Source: an uncultured Acidobacteriota bacterium | GTDB taxonomy: Bacteria > Acidobacteriota > Thermoanaerobaculia > UBA5066 > Gp7-AA6 | NCBI GenBank assembly: GCA_963764715.1 | Contig: CAVXTP010000015.1 | Location: 96,001-160,000 of the forward strand | Direction: 5' to 3' | Length of the DNA stretch: 64,000 bases | Notes under the pieces: generated by a model | Told to the model about the DNA's origin: nothing | The model's database searches: none | The model's input: the letters and a program-made list of their open reading frames with translations, nothing else | Translations under genes and position numbers: made by a program | Shown: one piece after another, positions 45,317 to 55,020 of the stretch | How the letters are laid out: each line of letters opens with the position of its first letter | Position numbering within the stretch: position 1 is the stretch's first letter

Positions 45317-45333
45317 GGACGCGTTCTCCCCCT

Positions 45334-47163
45334 TCAGGTTTGGAGGTCGAAGTACATGTTGTACGGCATGTCGGGTCCGATCTTGTAGAACGGAAGGAAG
45401 AGCCCTTCCGGCTGTCCGGGCGCGGCGAATTCGAGTCCCGGGCGGCCGACCATCCACTCCGTCGGCCCGCCCTGGACCTTCAGCCGGGGCGTCTCGTCGC
45501 GCACGAGCACGACCGGGCCGTACGTGACGGCGACGCGCTTCGGGTGCTGCGCGTCGATCGGCGAGAGCGCCAGCCGCATCGGCAGGCGCACCGTCACACG
45601 GTCGCCCGCGCTCCAGGTCCGGCGGAGGACAGCCCACGTCCCGGGCCGCGCGTCGACCGGGTACGCCTTCCCGTTGACCGCGACCTCGACGCCCTGCGTC
45701 CAGGCCGGCACCCGGAACTTCAGGTCGAACGCGGCGCTCTTGCCGGGCCGCACCGTCAGCGTCGTCGCGTCGGCGTCCGGGAACGCCGTCTCCTGTTCGA
45801 CCGAGACGAGCGTGCCGCCCTGGTTCCACGCCGCGCGCGAGGGGACGAAGAGGTTGACGAGAAGGCCGCCCGCGTCCCGGAAGTAGACGACGTTGTGGTA
45901 GTCGGCGAGGACCTGCGGGTAGGTGCCCGAGCAGCACGGCCAGTTGCCGTCGGGGTGGTAGAACTTGCGCCCGCCCCCCATCCGGTAGTCGGAGTAGTAG
46001 AACGTCGCGCCCTTCGGCCCCATCGGGAGGGCGCCGAGCATTCCGTTGTAGAGGAGCTTCTCGATCCAGTCGCCGTAGCGCGCCTGCCCGGTGTACGCCA
46101 GCAGGTAGCGGGCGAGCTTGAACCCGCCCCAGGAGCCGCAGGTCGTCTCGAAGGAGTAGGAGGTCGTCTCGAGCCGGCGGCCGAGCTCGCCGTCCTCCGG
46201 GACGAGGTCTTCTTCGGGGCCGTATCCCCCGGTCGCGTAGCACTGCGTCTGCTGGAGCCAGTCGTACTCGTTGACGATCGCGTCGAGGTACGGCCGCTCG
46301 CCCGTCACGGCGTAGGTCATCGCGCACGACGACATCGTGTTGACGTGGCTGTAGGCGTGGTGGCCGTGTTTCTTGACGTCCGTCGGCGCCGCGCCCGAGA
46401 ACGCGTTCCAGTAGGCGTCGAACCGCCAGAGATCGCCGAACCGGCGGTACTTCTCGTCGCCGGTGACCTGGTACGCGCGGTAGAGGTTCTCCGAGAGCGT
46501 GTACCACTCGGTGTCGGAGTCGAGCTTGCGGCTGCGGTCGAGGTTCTCGATCGCCCAGTCCGTGATCTTCGAGAGGTGCGTCAGGGCGTCCCGGCGGCCG
46601 GCGTAGACCGCCATGTCGACGAGGCCGCCGACCTGCTTGTCGTAGATGTAGTGCGGCTGCCAGGGGCGGCGCGAGTAGAAGAACCAGCCGTCGGGCTCGA
46701 TCGTCGAGGCCCACTCCCCCATCAGGAAGATCGCCTTCGAGCGCATCTCGGCGTCGCCGGTCGCCTTCGACATCCGGGCCATCCCCGAGAGCCACTGGCC
46801 GAAGGTGTTGAAGGTGTCGCCGTTGGACCACCAGAAGCGCCGGTTGGGCTCGCCGCTGTACCAGCCGCCCAGGTCCTGGCCGCGCGCCCGCTGGCCCGCG
46901 CGCATGCGGAAGCCCTTGAGGATGTCGTCGTCGGGGATCGCGTAGTAGTAGGCGCGCATCGTGTCGAACTGCGCCTTCATCGGGCCGGGCAGGAGGGAGA
47001 CGCCCTCGTAGTCGAAGGCCTCGAGGAAGGTCTTCGGCCCGGCCGCCGCGGGAGACGTGGGCGACGCGACGCCGAGGGCGGAAAGCCTCGAGCCCAGCGG
47101 CGCGGCCGTCGCGCCCAGGAGCGCTTTCGTCACGAACTCCCGCCGGCTGGTCCCGTGGCTCAT
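45334..47163 (-). CDS. GH127-like glycoside hydrolase, Tat-exported
   Basis: Twin-arginine SRREFV; FGQWLSG, ETTC and WPCCSG Cys/Glu motifs, YGPVVL. Confidence 0.85.
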   Translation of the reverse strand: MSHGTSRREFVTKALLGATAAPLGSRLSALGVASPTSPAAAGPKTFLEAFDYEGVSLLPGPMKAQFDTMRAYYYAIPDDDILKGFRMRAGQRARGQDLGGWYSGEPNRRFWWSNGDTFNTFGQWLSGMARMSKATGDAEMRSKAIFLMGEWASTIEPDGWFFYSRRPWQPHYIYDKQVGGLVDMAVYAGRRDALTHLSKITDWAIENLDRSRKLDSDTEWYTLSENLYRAYQVTGDEKYRRFGDLWRFDAYWNAFSGAAPTDVKKHGHHAYSHVNTMSSCAMTYAVTGERPYLDAIVNEYDWLQQTQCYATGGYGPEEDLVPEDGELGRRLETTSYSFETTCGSWGGFKLARYLLAYTGQARYGDWIEKLLYNGMLGALPMGPKGATFYYSDYRMGGGRKFYHPDGNWPCCSGTYPQVLADYHNVVYFRDAGGLLVNLFVPSRAAWNQGGTLVSVEQETAFPDADATTLTVRPGKSAAFDLKFRVPAWTQGVEVAVNGKAYPVDARPGTWAVLRRTWSAGDRVTVRLPMRLALSPIDAQHPKRVAVTYGPVVLVRDETPRLKVQGGPTEWMVGRPGLEFAAPGQPEGLFLPFYKIGPDMPYNMYFDLQT

Positions 47164-47828
47164 CGTGCCTCCCGCGTCGAGTGCCGGAATTCTACGTCGT
47201 CTGATCCGCCGATCTCCGGCCGGGTGCGGACGACGCCGATCCAGAGGATGGCGAGGAGGAGGACGAGCAGGTGGGCCGCCTCGAAGGAGTCCGAGGCGGG
47301 GTCGCCGTTTCTCGCGTGGGTCGCGATCGCGCCCACCATGACGAGCGCGAGGCCCGCCGCCGCCACCAGCCGCACGCCCGGCGCGAGCAGAGCGAACGCG
47401 CCGAGCGTCTCGAAGGCGATGACGGCGTAGAGGAACCAGACCGGGAAGCCCGAGGCCGTGAAGAAGGCCCGCATCTCGGCGTCGTGGGCGAGCTTGCCGA
47501 GCTCCGTGGCGAGGAAGGCGAGCGCGACCGAGACGCAGAGGCCGCGAATGAGAAACGGCGAGGCCGCGAAGGCGAGGCCCGCGCCGCGCGTCGCCCCGGG
47601 GGCCTTCGGCCGCGCCACCGCCCGTCCCAGGACGACCGACGCCGCGAGGGCCGCCGCGAGGACGAGGCCGAACCGGAAGATCGCCGCGCGGAAGAGCCCG
47701 GCGTAGGCGCCCCGGATCGGGACGAGCCCGAGCATCGACAGGACCGTCGCCGCGAGCACCGCCGCGCCGGCCGCGACACAGAATCCGTAGAAGACGCGCG
47801 CCAGCCGCTCGCCGCCGGCCGGGGTCAT
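47160..47828 (-). CDS. DoxX-like membrane protein
   Basis: GKLAH..MRAFF..GFPVWF...ETLGA..LL.P...MVGAIATH; ATGA overlaps at both ends. Confidence 0.7.
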   Translation of the reverse strand: MTPAGGERLARVFYGFCVAAGAAVLAATVLSMLGLVPIRGAYAGLFRAAIFRFGLVLAAALAASVVLGRAVARPKAPGATRGAGLAFAASPFLIRGLCVSVALAFLATELGKLAHDAEMRAFFTASGFPVWFLYAVIAFETLGAFALLAPGVRLVAAAGLALVMVGAIATHARNGDPASDSFEAAHLLVLLLAILWIGVVRTRPEIGGSDDVEFRHSTREAR

Positions 47829-49849
47829 TTCCCTTCGATCTGCCGGATCGCGACCTCGGCCGCGTACGACGGCGACCGGTCGATCACCCCGCCGACGTTC
47901 GAGATCTTCCGGGCCGCGATCTGCCGGAGCACCGGGAGCGCCGGCTTCGCCGCCGGGCCGATCGCGCCGAGCGCCTCCGCGCACGCCCGCAGGACGTTCA
48001 CGTTCTCGTCCGCCACACCCGCGGCCGCGACGAGCGCGGGCACCGCAGGCGCCGCCTTCGGGCCGATCGCGGCGAGCGCCTCGGCCGCCGCCATCCGCAC
48101 GACGCGGTCGGAATCCTTCAGCCGCGCCGCGAGGGCGTCGACCGCCGGGGCCGCCGCGGCGCCCATCTTCCCCAGCTCGCGCGCGGCGAGCCCCCGCACG
48201 ACCGGGTCGGGGTCCGAGAGGGCCCGCGTCGCGCCGGCGAGGTCCGTCGGGACCTCCGGCGGCTTCACGGCCGCCGCCTTCGCCCAGCCCTTCGCCCCGA
48301 CCTCGGCGAGGACGATGTTGTCGACGCCGAGCACGTAGCCCGTCGAGGCCGCGTTCCTGCCGATGCAGACGTAGGTCAGCGTGTGCCGCCCCTTCGTCAG
48401 CCGCGGCCAGCCGACCTGGTAGTCCATGCCGACGTAGATCTCGTAGGCGTAGCCGTCGAAGGAGAGCTGCGGCCGGACGTCCGCGCCCGGCTCGTGCTCG
48501 AGGACCGGAGCGACCGGCGGCTTGCCGTCGAGGAGCACGGTGTAGATCCCGTAGTCCGAGCCCTGCGCGACCTGCGTGTAGAGCTCGTAGTCGCCCGACT
48601 CCGGGACCTCGAACGGGATCTCGAGCTTCGAGCCCGGGCCCTCGCCCTTGAAGATGAGGACGTCTTTGGACCAGAAGAGGTCCGGAAAGACCTCGGCCGT
48701 GCCCTTCTCCGTCTTCACCTGTCCGGCCGCCGTCTCGACCTCGAACTGGATGGCGTTGCCCTGCGGGAGCCGCGCCGACCCGTACGGCACGGGCCAGAGC
48801 CCCGTCGCGACGCCGTCCTGGTACCAGTAGGCGACCGACGACATCAGGTCGTCGCGCGTGCCGTAGGGCGACTTGAGCGAGCCATCGTTGTTGAAGGTCC
48901 AGCCCAGGTGCTCGAGGTCGAACCGGAAGGAGGTCTTGAACGGGATCGGGTCCTTGACGTGCCACCGGTATCCCGTCATGCGGGAGCCGAGGCCCGTCCC
49001 GTCGGCGACCGTGACGCCGGTGTACGGCCCGTCGACCACGTGGAGGCCCCAGGCGTCGTTGAAGTAGTCCTCCGAGCCCGTCCCGACGATCGACGGCTCC
49101 TTCTCGCCGTCGACGGTGATGCGCTCGTCGCCCTCGCCGAACCAGCCGGCCTCGGGCTGGATCACGTTGAGCACGGTTCCGGCGTAGAACCCGCGGCCCT
49201 TCACGTCGAGGAACGTGTAGACCTTTTTCTCTGCCGGCGCCGGGAGCTCCTGCTTGTACCGCGCGTGGAAATAGAGGGTGTCGGGCGGAAGGGCCGGGAC
49301 CTTCGACCAGTCGACGTGGTAGTAGACGTGGTCGACTCCGCGCCGGCCCTCGTTCGTCAGCGTGATGCGGCAGGACTTCGCGAACGGCATCGGCCAGTAG
49401 CTGTTGCGGGCCCGCCCGTCGGAGCTCGCGCGGATCATCTCCGACTTGACCCAGCGCTCGAACCCGTGGCCGACGGCGAAGAAGTCGCCGACCGGCGCAT
49501 CGACCGACGGCTCCGCGTTCCCGTCGTAGTAGACCCGCAGGCGCATCAGGCGCGGCCAGGCGTATTCGTTGGCCGCGATCGTCAGCCAGATGTGCGTCAC
49601 GACGCCCGGACCCTTCAGGTCCGCGAGCGTCAGCGTCTCGCCGGGGATGGGGTGTTTGCTGTCGTTGTTGGAGTCGGGGTTCGGGCTCGAGGAGGAGACG
49701 CGCTCGGCCTTCGCATCCTTCATCTGGGCGAAGCGCAGCGCGTCGAGCGGCGGAAGCGGGGCCGTTTGCGCGCGTGCCGGCGCGGGAGCGAGACCGGAAG
49801 CCAGCACCGCGGCGAGGCCCAGCACGGACGTCTGGAGAACGGTCCTCAT
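47825..49849 (-). CDS. GH172 (DUF2961) glycoside hydrolase with extra beta domain and HEAT repeats, secreted
   Basis: GPGVVTHIWLT, PVGDFF, NSYWPMPF, YFHARY, WFGEGDE, GTGSEDYF, YRWHVKDPIPF, SVAYWYQ; C-terminal DPDPVVRGLAARELG repeats. Confidence 0.88.
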   Translation of the reverse strand: MRTVLQTSVLGLAAVLASGLAPAPARAQTAPLPPLDALRFAQMKDAKAERVSSSSPNPDSNNDSKHPIPGETLTLADLKGPGVVTHIWLTIAANEYAWPRLMRLRVYYDGNAEPSVDAPVGDFFAVGHGFERWVKSEMIRASSDGRARNSYWPMPFAKSCRITLTNEGRRGVDHVYYHVDWSKVPALPPDTLYFHARYKQELPAPAEKKVYTFLDVKGRGFYAGTVLNVIQPEAGWFGEGDERITVDGEKEPSIVGTGSEDYFNDAWGLHVVDGPYTGVTVADGTGLGSRMTGYRWHVKDPIPFKTSFRFDLEHLGWTFNNDGSLKSPYGTRDDLMSSVAYWYQDGVATGLWPVPYGSARLPQGNAIQFEVETAAGQVKTEKGTAEVFPDLFWSKDVLIFKGEGPGSKLEIPFEVPESGDYELYTQVAQGSDYGIYTVLLDGKPPVAPVLEHEPGADVRPQLSFDGYAYEIYVGMDYQVGWPRLTKGRHTLTYVCIGRNAASTGYVLGVDNIVLAEVGAKGWAKAAAVKPPEVPTDLAGATRALSDPDPVVRGLAARELGKMGAAAAPAVDALAARLKDSDRVVRMAAAEALAAIGPKAAPAVPALVAAAGVADENVNVLRACAEALGAIGPAAKPALPVLRQIAARKISNVGGVIDRSPSYAAEVAIRQIEGK

Positions 49850-49918
49850 CGAGTCCCCCCTCTCACCCTTCCGATAGAACCAGCGAAGCGGGGGGATTCT
49901 AGCGTGGCGGCCGGATCT

Positions 49919-51436
49919 TCACTTTTCGGATTTCGCCCCGCTCTTCGCACCCGAGGCGGCCTCCGCCCTGGTTTCCCCCGCAACCGTCCCGCGCGCCTTC
50001 GCGAACCACTGTTTCGCGAGCAAGGGGCGGACGGCGGCCCTCCCGTCGTGGAGCTCCACCCCGACGGTCAGGATGCCGGTCTCGATCAGGAAGGCCCCGT
50101 TGGAGTGCTCGCCGCGCCGGTCGTACTCCCCGTCGATCTGGAAGTCGCCGCCCTCGGCGTGGAGGTTGCGCACGGCCGTCCGTGGCTCCGAGAAGACGAC
50201 GTCCGAAGTCGCCTTGAGTCCATCGAGGTTGATCAGGCCCTGCGTCCACTTCGGGAGCGACTCGCCCAGGAAGGCGACGAGCGGCCGACCGTCCTTGCAC
50301 TCGGCCGCCACCTTCCCGGTCAGGCCGTTCTTCAGCCGGCCCGAAGGGATCTCGAAGTTGCCCCACCAGCCATGCGAGCGGTCGGTGGCGCCGGCGACGA
50401 ACACCTCGGTGAACTTGACCGAGCTGCCTCCGATGTTCGGGCCGCCTCCATCGAGCGTCCAGCCCGCGAACCTCGTCTTCGCCTCGGCGTTGCCCTCGAG
50501 GACGAGGCCGGGCCGCGCGTACTTGCCCTTCTTCGCGGTCAACTCGACCGATCCCGAGGCCACGCCCTTCTCGATCCCGCCCGCCAGCGCGAGGCGTCCG
50601 GGCCCTCCCGAAACGTGAACCCCCCGACCCAGTTGCAGCAGGCCCTCGAGAAAATCGACGCTCTCCGTCGGCCCCGAGAGCTCCGCCTTCGCGGTGACGA
50701 CCGCCCAGACCTTGTCCGCCACGAGCTCCTGCACGTCCCAGTCGGCGAAGGTCGCCTCGAGCTTCCCGTGCGTCTCGGTCATGACGGGGTTCGGCCCGAG
50801 CGCGAACTCGCCCCCCGAGAACACGACCGAGGCGGGACCGATCTGCGCGCGGTGGCCGGGCTTCAGGCGGAAGCGCCCCTTCAATGCCGCATTGCCGCGG
50901 TGGCGCATGGCGTCCACCCAGATGTCGTCGAACGCGTCGGTCGCAACGTCGAGGACCTCGACCGTCCATGGATTCGGTTGGGGCGGGCCGAGCTTCGCGT
51001 CCGGATCGCGCAAAGGCGGGTCCGGGAATCCCGGGATCTCCGGCAGGTTCCTGAGCCGCTCGGGCGTCGCCTGCGCCGCGAGCACCTTCTGCCGCAGGCG
51101 GAACTGGATCGACGTGGGGCGCAGGGCGGTCACCCGGAACGTGCGCCGCAGGAGCGCGCCCACTTCGTAGGAGACCGTCGTCTCCGGGATCGTCACGATC
51201 CACTGCACGTTGGGATCGCTGCCCCGGATCCGGAGGTTTTTCAGCCAGACGGAGCCGGGCCAGGTCGACACGGCCTCGTCCCAGTCGATGAAGATCTCCT
51301 CGGGCTTCTTGTTGATCTCGGCGCGCAGCACCGGCCCCGAGAGGAGCTTCTTCGCCGCGATCCGGTAGGCCCCGAGGAACAGCAGCGGAAGGGCGGCGAC
51401 GACGAGCGCCGCGATGAGAAGGCCTTTTCTCCTCAC
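49919..51436 (-). CDS. membrane-anchored beta-rich hypothetical protein
   Basis: 505-aa ORF with N-terminal anchor; fills the gap in the minus-strand gene run. Confidence 0.7.
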   Translation of the reverse strand: MRRKGLLIAALVVAALPLLFLGAYRIAAKKLLSGPVLRAEINKKPEEIFIDWDEAVSTWPGSVWLKNLRIRGSDPNVQWIVTIPETTVSYEVGALLRRTFRVTALRPTSIQFRLRQKVLAAQATPERLRNLPEIPGFPDPPLRDPDAKLGPPQPNPWTVEVLDVATDAFDDIWVDAMRHRGNAALKGRFRLKPGHRAQIGPASVVFSGGEFALGPNPVMTETHGKLEATFADWDVQELVADKVWAVVTAKAELSGPTESVDFLEGLLQLGRGVHVSGGPGRLALAGGIEKGVASGSVELTAKKGKYARPGLVLEGNAEAKTRFAGWTLDGGGPNIGGSSVKFTEVFVAGATDRSHGWWGNFEIPSGRLKNGLTGKVAAECKDGRPLVAFLGESLPKWTQGLINLDGLKATSDVVFSEPRTAVRNLHAEGGDFQIDGEYDRRGEHSNGAFLIETGILTVGVELHDGRAAVRPLLAKQWFAKARGTVAGETRAEAASGAKSGAKSEK

Positions 51437-51446
51437 TTCGCGTCCT

Positions 51447-51878
51447 TCACCGCCGCTCGTTCCCGTTGTCCATGTCGGACGCGATGAGCCACGTTCCCGA
51501 GGCGTCCTTCTTCAGCGTCAGCGTGAACTTGCCGACGTCCGGCTCGCCCGCCCTCCGCGCGAAGCCGCCGATGATGTATCCGATCCGGCCTTCCGTCGCG
51601 AACGCCAGCGCCCGCAGCACGAGCGGCCCGCCGGCGCCCGCGTAGGCCTTCTCGATTGCCGGGCGCCCGCGCACCGGAGGCGCGCCGCTCGCCAGGACGA
51701 AGCCGTCCTCGGCGAAGAGCCGCGCCAGCCCGGCGGCGTCCTTCGCGCGCCACGCCGTCTCGTAATCCGTCAGGACGCGCGCGAGCTCCAGCGGCAGGCT
51801 GGTGCTCGGAAGCGGCGCGGGCCCTCCGGTCGGCGCGGCCTGGGCCGCGAAGAGAAATGCGAGGACCGCGGCGAGCAT
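51447..51878 (-). CDS. secreted NTF2-like (DUF4440-type) protein
   Basis: AWRAKDAAGLARLFAEDG, GKFTLTLKK..GTWLIASDMDN. Confidence 0.8.
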   Translation of the reverse strand: MLAAVLAFLFAAQAAPTGGPAPLPSTSLPLELARVLTDYETAWRAKDAAGLARLFAEDGFVLASGAPPVRGRPAIEKAYAGAGGPLVLRALAFATEGRIGYIIGGFARRAGEPDVGKFTLTLKKDASGTWLIASDMDNGNERR

Positions 51879-52360
51879 CAGGCCTCCTCCCGGCCGGGCC
51901 GGACTTCGAACACCGCCTCGACCTCCACGGCGACGTCGTAGGGCAGCGCGGCGACCCCCACGGCCATGCGGGTATGGCGGCCGGCGTCCCCGAAGACGTC
52001 CACGAAGACGTCCGACGCGCCGTTGACGACCTGCGAATGCGCCGTGAAGTCCGGCGCCGAGTTGACGAAGCCCGCGACCCGCACCCAGCGCCCGATGCGG
52101 TCGAGATCGCCCCCGCACGCGTCCTTCGCGTGCGCGACGAGGTTCAGGGCGCACAGGCGCGCGGCCTCGCGGCCCTCCTCGACCGAGAATTCCCGGCCGA
52201 GCTTGCCGATGAAGCGCCGCTCCCCGTTCCACTGCGAGAGCTGCCCCGTCAGGTAGACGAGCGCTCCCGTCCGGACCCACGGCACGTAGTTCGCCCCGGG
52301 CTTGCTCGGCTGCGGGAGCTCGATGCCGAGCTCGCGGAGGCGTTCGTCGACGCGTCCCAT
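51878..52360 (-). CDS. RidA/YjgF family protein
   Basis: ANYVP, VYLTGQL, GFVNS, NGASD, GRHTRMAVGVAALP..VAVEVE. Confidence 0.9.
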   Translation of the reverse strand: MGRVDERLRELGIELPQPSKPGANYVPWVRTGALVYLTGQLSQWNGERRFIGKLGREFSVEEGREAARLCALNLVAHAKDACGGDLDRIGRWVRVAGFVNSAPDFTAHSQVVNGASDVFVDVFGDAGRHTRMAVGVAALPYDVAVEVEAVFEVRPGREEA

Positions 52361-52362
52361 CG

Positions 52363-52431
52363 CTATTTCCCCCGGGACCCGGCGGACGCCGGAACGTTCG
52401 CTTCCGTCTTCTTCGTCTTCAGCTCCGCCAT
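52363..52431 (-). pseudogene. 22-codon gene remnant resembling the N-terminus of DUF1801 proteins
   Basis: GGGAG upstream of ATG; MAELKTKKTEANVPASAGSRGK*; family resemblance from memory. Confidence 0.5.
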
Positions 52432-52447
52432 CGGCGCTCTCCCGGCC

Positions 52448-52870
52448 TCACGGCCTCGCTACCGCGATTCGACGGACGAGGTTTTTCTCCGGCAGGTCCA
52501 CCAGCGTTCCATCCATGGAGCTCCCGTGCACGACATATTTCCAGAGGCCGTGATTGTTCCGAACGCGAAACTCGCCGAGCCAGGCGCCTTCGCCCGCGTC
52601 CCAGACGAAGTCCTGCTCGTACATCGTGACCCGCTGCCCGTCGACGATCTTGTCGGCTTGCAGCGAGACCGCGTCGGGAGCGCCGGGTTTCTCGCGGAAC
52701 TCGTAGACGACGACCTCGTCCTTGCAAGCCGGGTGCCGCGAACGGTCGACACAGGTCGAGGTGCCTTTCCAGGTGCCGAGGATCTCGTCCCTTCTCGCCG
52801 GCGCGGCCGGCGAGCGCTGCGAGAGCGCCAGTGCGAGCGCGGCCGCCGCCGCGGTTCTAAGGGCCTTCAT
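52448..52870 (-). CDS. secreted hypothetical protein
   Basis: MKALRTAAAAALALAL signal; GTWKGTSTC..PACKDE; ATGA overlap. Confidence 0.7.
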   Translation of the reverse strand: MKALRTAAAAALALALSQRSPAAPARRDEILGTWKGTSTCVDRSRHPACKDEVVVYEFREKPGAPDAVSLQADKIVDGQRVTMYEQDFVWDAGEGAWLGEFRVRNNHGLWKYVVHGSSMDGTLVDLPEKNLVRRIAVARP

Positions 52871-53664
52871 GCGCCGCCCTCCGGTTTGAATTCCGTGATC
52901 TGGCCGAACTTCTGGAAGCCGATTCTCTCGTAAACGCCGAGGCCGTCGGCGGAGGCCTGGAGCACCGCCCTCGCCATCCCTTCCGCCCGCGCCTCGAGAA
53001 GCGGGTGCGCCGTCATGGCCGATCCGTAGCCGCGACGGCGGTGCGCCGCGAGCGTCGAGATGCCGTAGAGGCCGGCGACGCCGCCCGCGACCGTCAGCTC
53101 GCAGGTCGCGACGGCCTCCCCGCCGGCGTACCCCACGTACATCCGCAGCGGGCTCTCCGGCGCGAGGAGCACGGGGATCGCGAGCTCGTAGAAGCGGACG
53201 ACGAGGCGATCGGGCGGGTCCCAGTTGGCCGCGTTGATGCGCGCGTATCGGGCGAGCTCCTCCGGCGTGCGGACGCGGCGGACGTCGAGGCCGCCCGGCG
53301 CCGTGTCGACGGGACGCAGCCGGGACAGGTCGGCCGCCATCGCGACCTCGGACTCGGCGGCCGCGAGGCCCTCGGCGGAGAGCATCGCGCCGAGGTTGCC
53401 GGGCTCGTCGGCCGACCCCACCCACCAGGAGAACGGCCGCCCGCCGAACCAGGCGATCGCCTCGCGAATGCGCGACGCGGCCGCCGCCGGTGAGAGCCGG
53501 GCGCGGCAGGCGGCGTTGAACGTGTCGCACGGCATCCCGCACTCGGTCAGGACCAGGTCCTCGCCGACGACCGTGCGCATCCCCGGGGTGCGCGCCTGGA
53601 CCCACGTGAAATGCGCCGCCAGGTTTTCGTCGGCCGCCGCGGCGAGACCGGCGTTCGCTCCCAT
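52867..53664 (-). CDS. GNAT N-acetyltransferase
   Basis: GLYGISTLAAHRRRGYG, LQASADGLGVYERIGF. Confidence 0.85.
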   Translation of the reverse strand: MGANAGLAAAADENLAAHFTWVQARTPGMRTVVGEDLVLTECGMPCDTFNAACRARLSPAAAASRIREAIAWFGGRPFSWWVGSADEPGNLGAMLSAEGLAAAESEVAMAADLSRLRPVDTAPGGLDVRRVRTPEELARYARINAANWDPPDRLVVRFYELAIPVLLAPESPLRMYVGYAGGEAVATCELTVAGGVAGLYGISTLAAHRRRGYGSAMTAHPLLEARAEGMARAVLQASADGLGVYERIGFQKFGQITEFKPEGGA

Positions 53665-53678
53665 GGCGGATGCCGCGC

Positions 53679-53981
53679 CTACCCGGGAAGCTTCGCCGCG
53701 AGGACGTCGACTTTCTCGATCGACGGCGGCTTCGCCAGGAGCTCGCCGGCCTTCGCCCGGAGCGCGTCGGCCACTCTTCCGGTCATGTGCGCCTGCCGCC
53801 CGGCCTCGCCGGGGAAGGCGTCGAAGATGCCGAAGGTCGACGGACCCATCCGGATCGCGAACCAGGCCGTCGTCTCCGGCTCGTCGTCGACGACCGGGAG
53901 CGCTCCCTTCAGGAAGCTTTCGACCTCCGCCTCCTTTCCGGGTTTCGCTTCGAGACGCAGGAGCAACGCCACGCTCACCAT
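53679..53981 (-). CDS. antibiotic biosynthesis monooxygenase (ABM) family protein
   Basis: LEAKPGKE, FGIFDAF..GRQAH; GGGAGGT upstream of ATG 53981. Confidence 0.85.
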   Translation of the reverse strand: MVSVALLLRLEAKPGKEAEVESFLKGALPVVDDEPETTAWFAIRMGPSTFGIFDAFPGEAGRQAHMTGRVADALRAKAGELLAKPPSIEKVDVLAAKLPG

Positions 53982-54032
53982 GAGGACCTCCCTGAGGATC
54001 CGAACTCTATGCAAACCCGGGCGCGGCCGCCG

Positions 54033-54983
54033 TCACCGGAACAACGGCGCGCACGCCAGGGCCATCTGCTCGACGTGCCGCTCGTCGGTGCCGCAGCAGC
54101 CGCCCAGCACGTTGATCCGCGGGAGCCTCCGCTTGAGCCGGGCATGGTCCGCGCCCAGGCCGGCCGGGTCGCCGACGTCGAGCTCGGAGGACTCGTTGAG
54201 CTCGGCGTGGCTCTTGATCGAGGCATTGGCGCGCAGGCCCCGGATCCGGCCGGTCCACGGCTCCCCCGGCTCGAGCGCGCCCTCGAAGTGCGCGGGGTGC
54301 GCGCAGTTGATCATGTAGTAGGCGGGCGAGGAGCCGGTCGCCGCGTCCGTCCCCTCGATCGCGTCCCGGAGCGACTGCCCGGTCGGCAGGCGTCCGTCGG
54401 TCTCGACGGTGAAGGAGATGACCGCCGGCATTCCCGCCTTTCGGGCCGCCCGGGCCACGCCGATCGCTTCCTCGACGTAGTTCATGGTGATCGCGGTGAC
54501 CATGTCCGCCGCCGTGCCGGCGAACGTCCCGATCTGCTCGGCGTGATAGCTCTCGGCCTCCGCGTCGGTCATCGTCCGGCCGGGCACGTATCCGTCGCCC
54601 CGCGGCCCCACGCATCCGCTGATCACGGCCGGCGTCGTCCCGTCGTCGATCCCGTTCCGGATGTCCTCCAGGAGGCGGATCGCCTTCCGGTTGGCCTCCG
54701 CGAGCGCCTCGCGGGTGTAGCCGAGGCGCGCTCCCCAGTCCGGGTTGGAGCGCCAGGTCGCGCTCTCGAGAATCACGCCGGCCCCGAGGCGGCGCGCGAG
54801 CGCGGCGTAGCCCTCGAAGTAGCGGCGGAGCGCCGCCTCGCCCGCGGCGCTCTTCAGGAGGTCGAACGCCGCGAAGAGCGGAAGGTCGAGGCCCTCGCGA
54901 AAGATGAGCGTCGTTTCGATGCCGCCGTCGGTCAGGAAGAGGCGGCCGTCGAGCTGCGGCAGGGAATTTCGATACCGGGCCAT
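54033..54983 (-). CDS. homocysteine S-methyltransferase family protein
   Basis: LTDGGIET, GCVGPRGDGY, MINCAHP, LGGCCGTD. Confidence 0.9.
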   Translation of the reverse strand: MARYRNSLPQLDGRLFLTDGGIETTLIFREGLDLPLFAAFDLLKSAAGEAALRRYFEGYAALARRLGAGVILESATWRSNPDWGARLGYTREALAEANRKAIRLLEDIRNGIDDGTTPAVISGCVGPRGDGYVPGRTMTDAEAESYHAEQIGTFAGTAADMVTAITMNYVEEAIGVARAARKAGMPAVISFTVETDGRLPTGQSLRDAIEGTDAATGSSPAYYMINCAHPAHFEGALEPGEPWTGRIRGLRANASIKSHAELNESSELDVGDPAGLGADHARLKRRLPRINVLGGCCGTDERHVEQMALACAPLFR

Positions 54984-55020
54984 GCGTCGCCTCCGTCCCC
55001 TCCGGGGCCGTCGGAACGGA

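Noticed and set aside
42018-47163. Classical L-arabinose araBAD operon
   Set aside because: Isomerase does not look like AraA and no araD is present in the window; an L-arabinose role is not fully excluded given GH127
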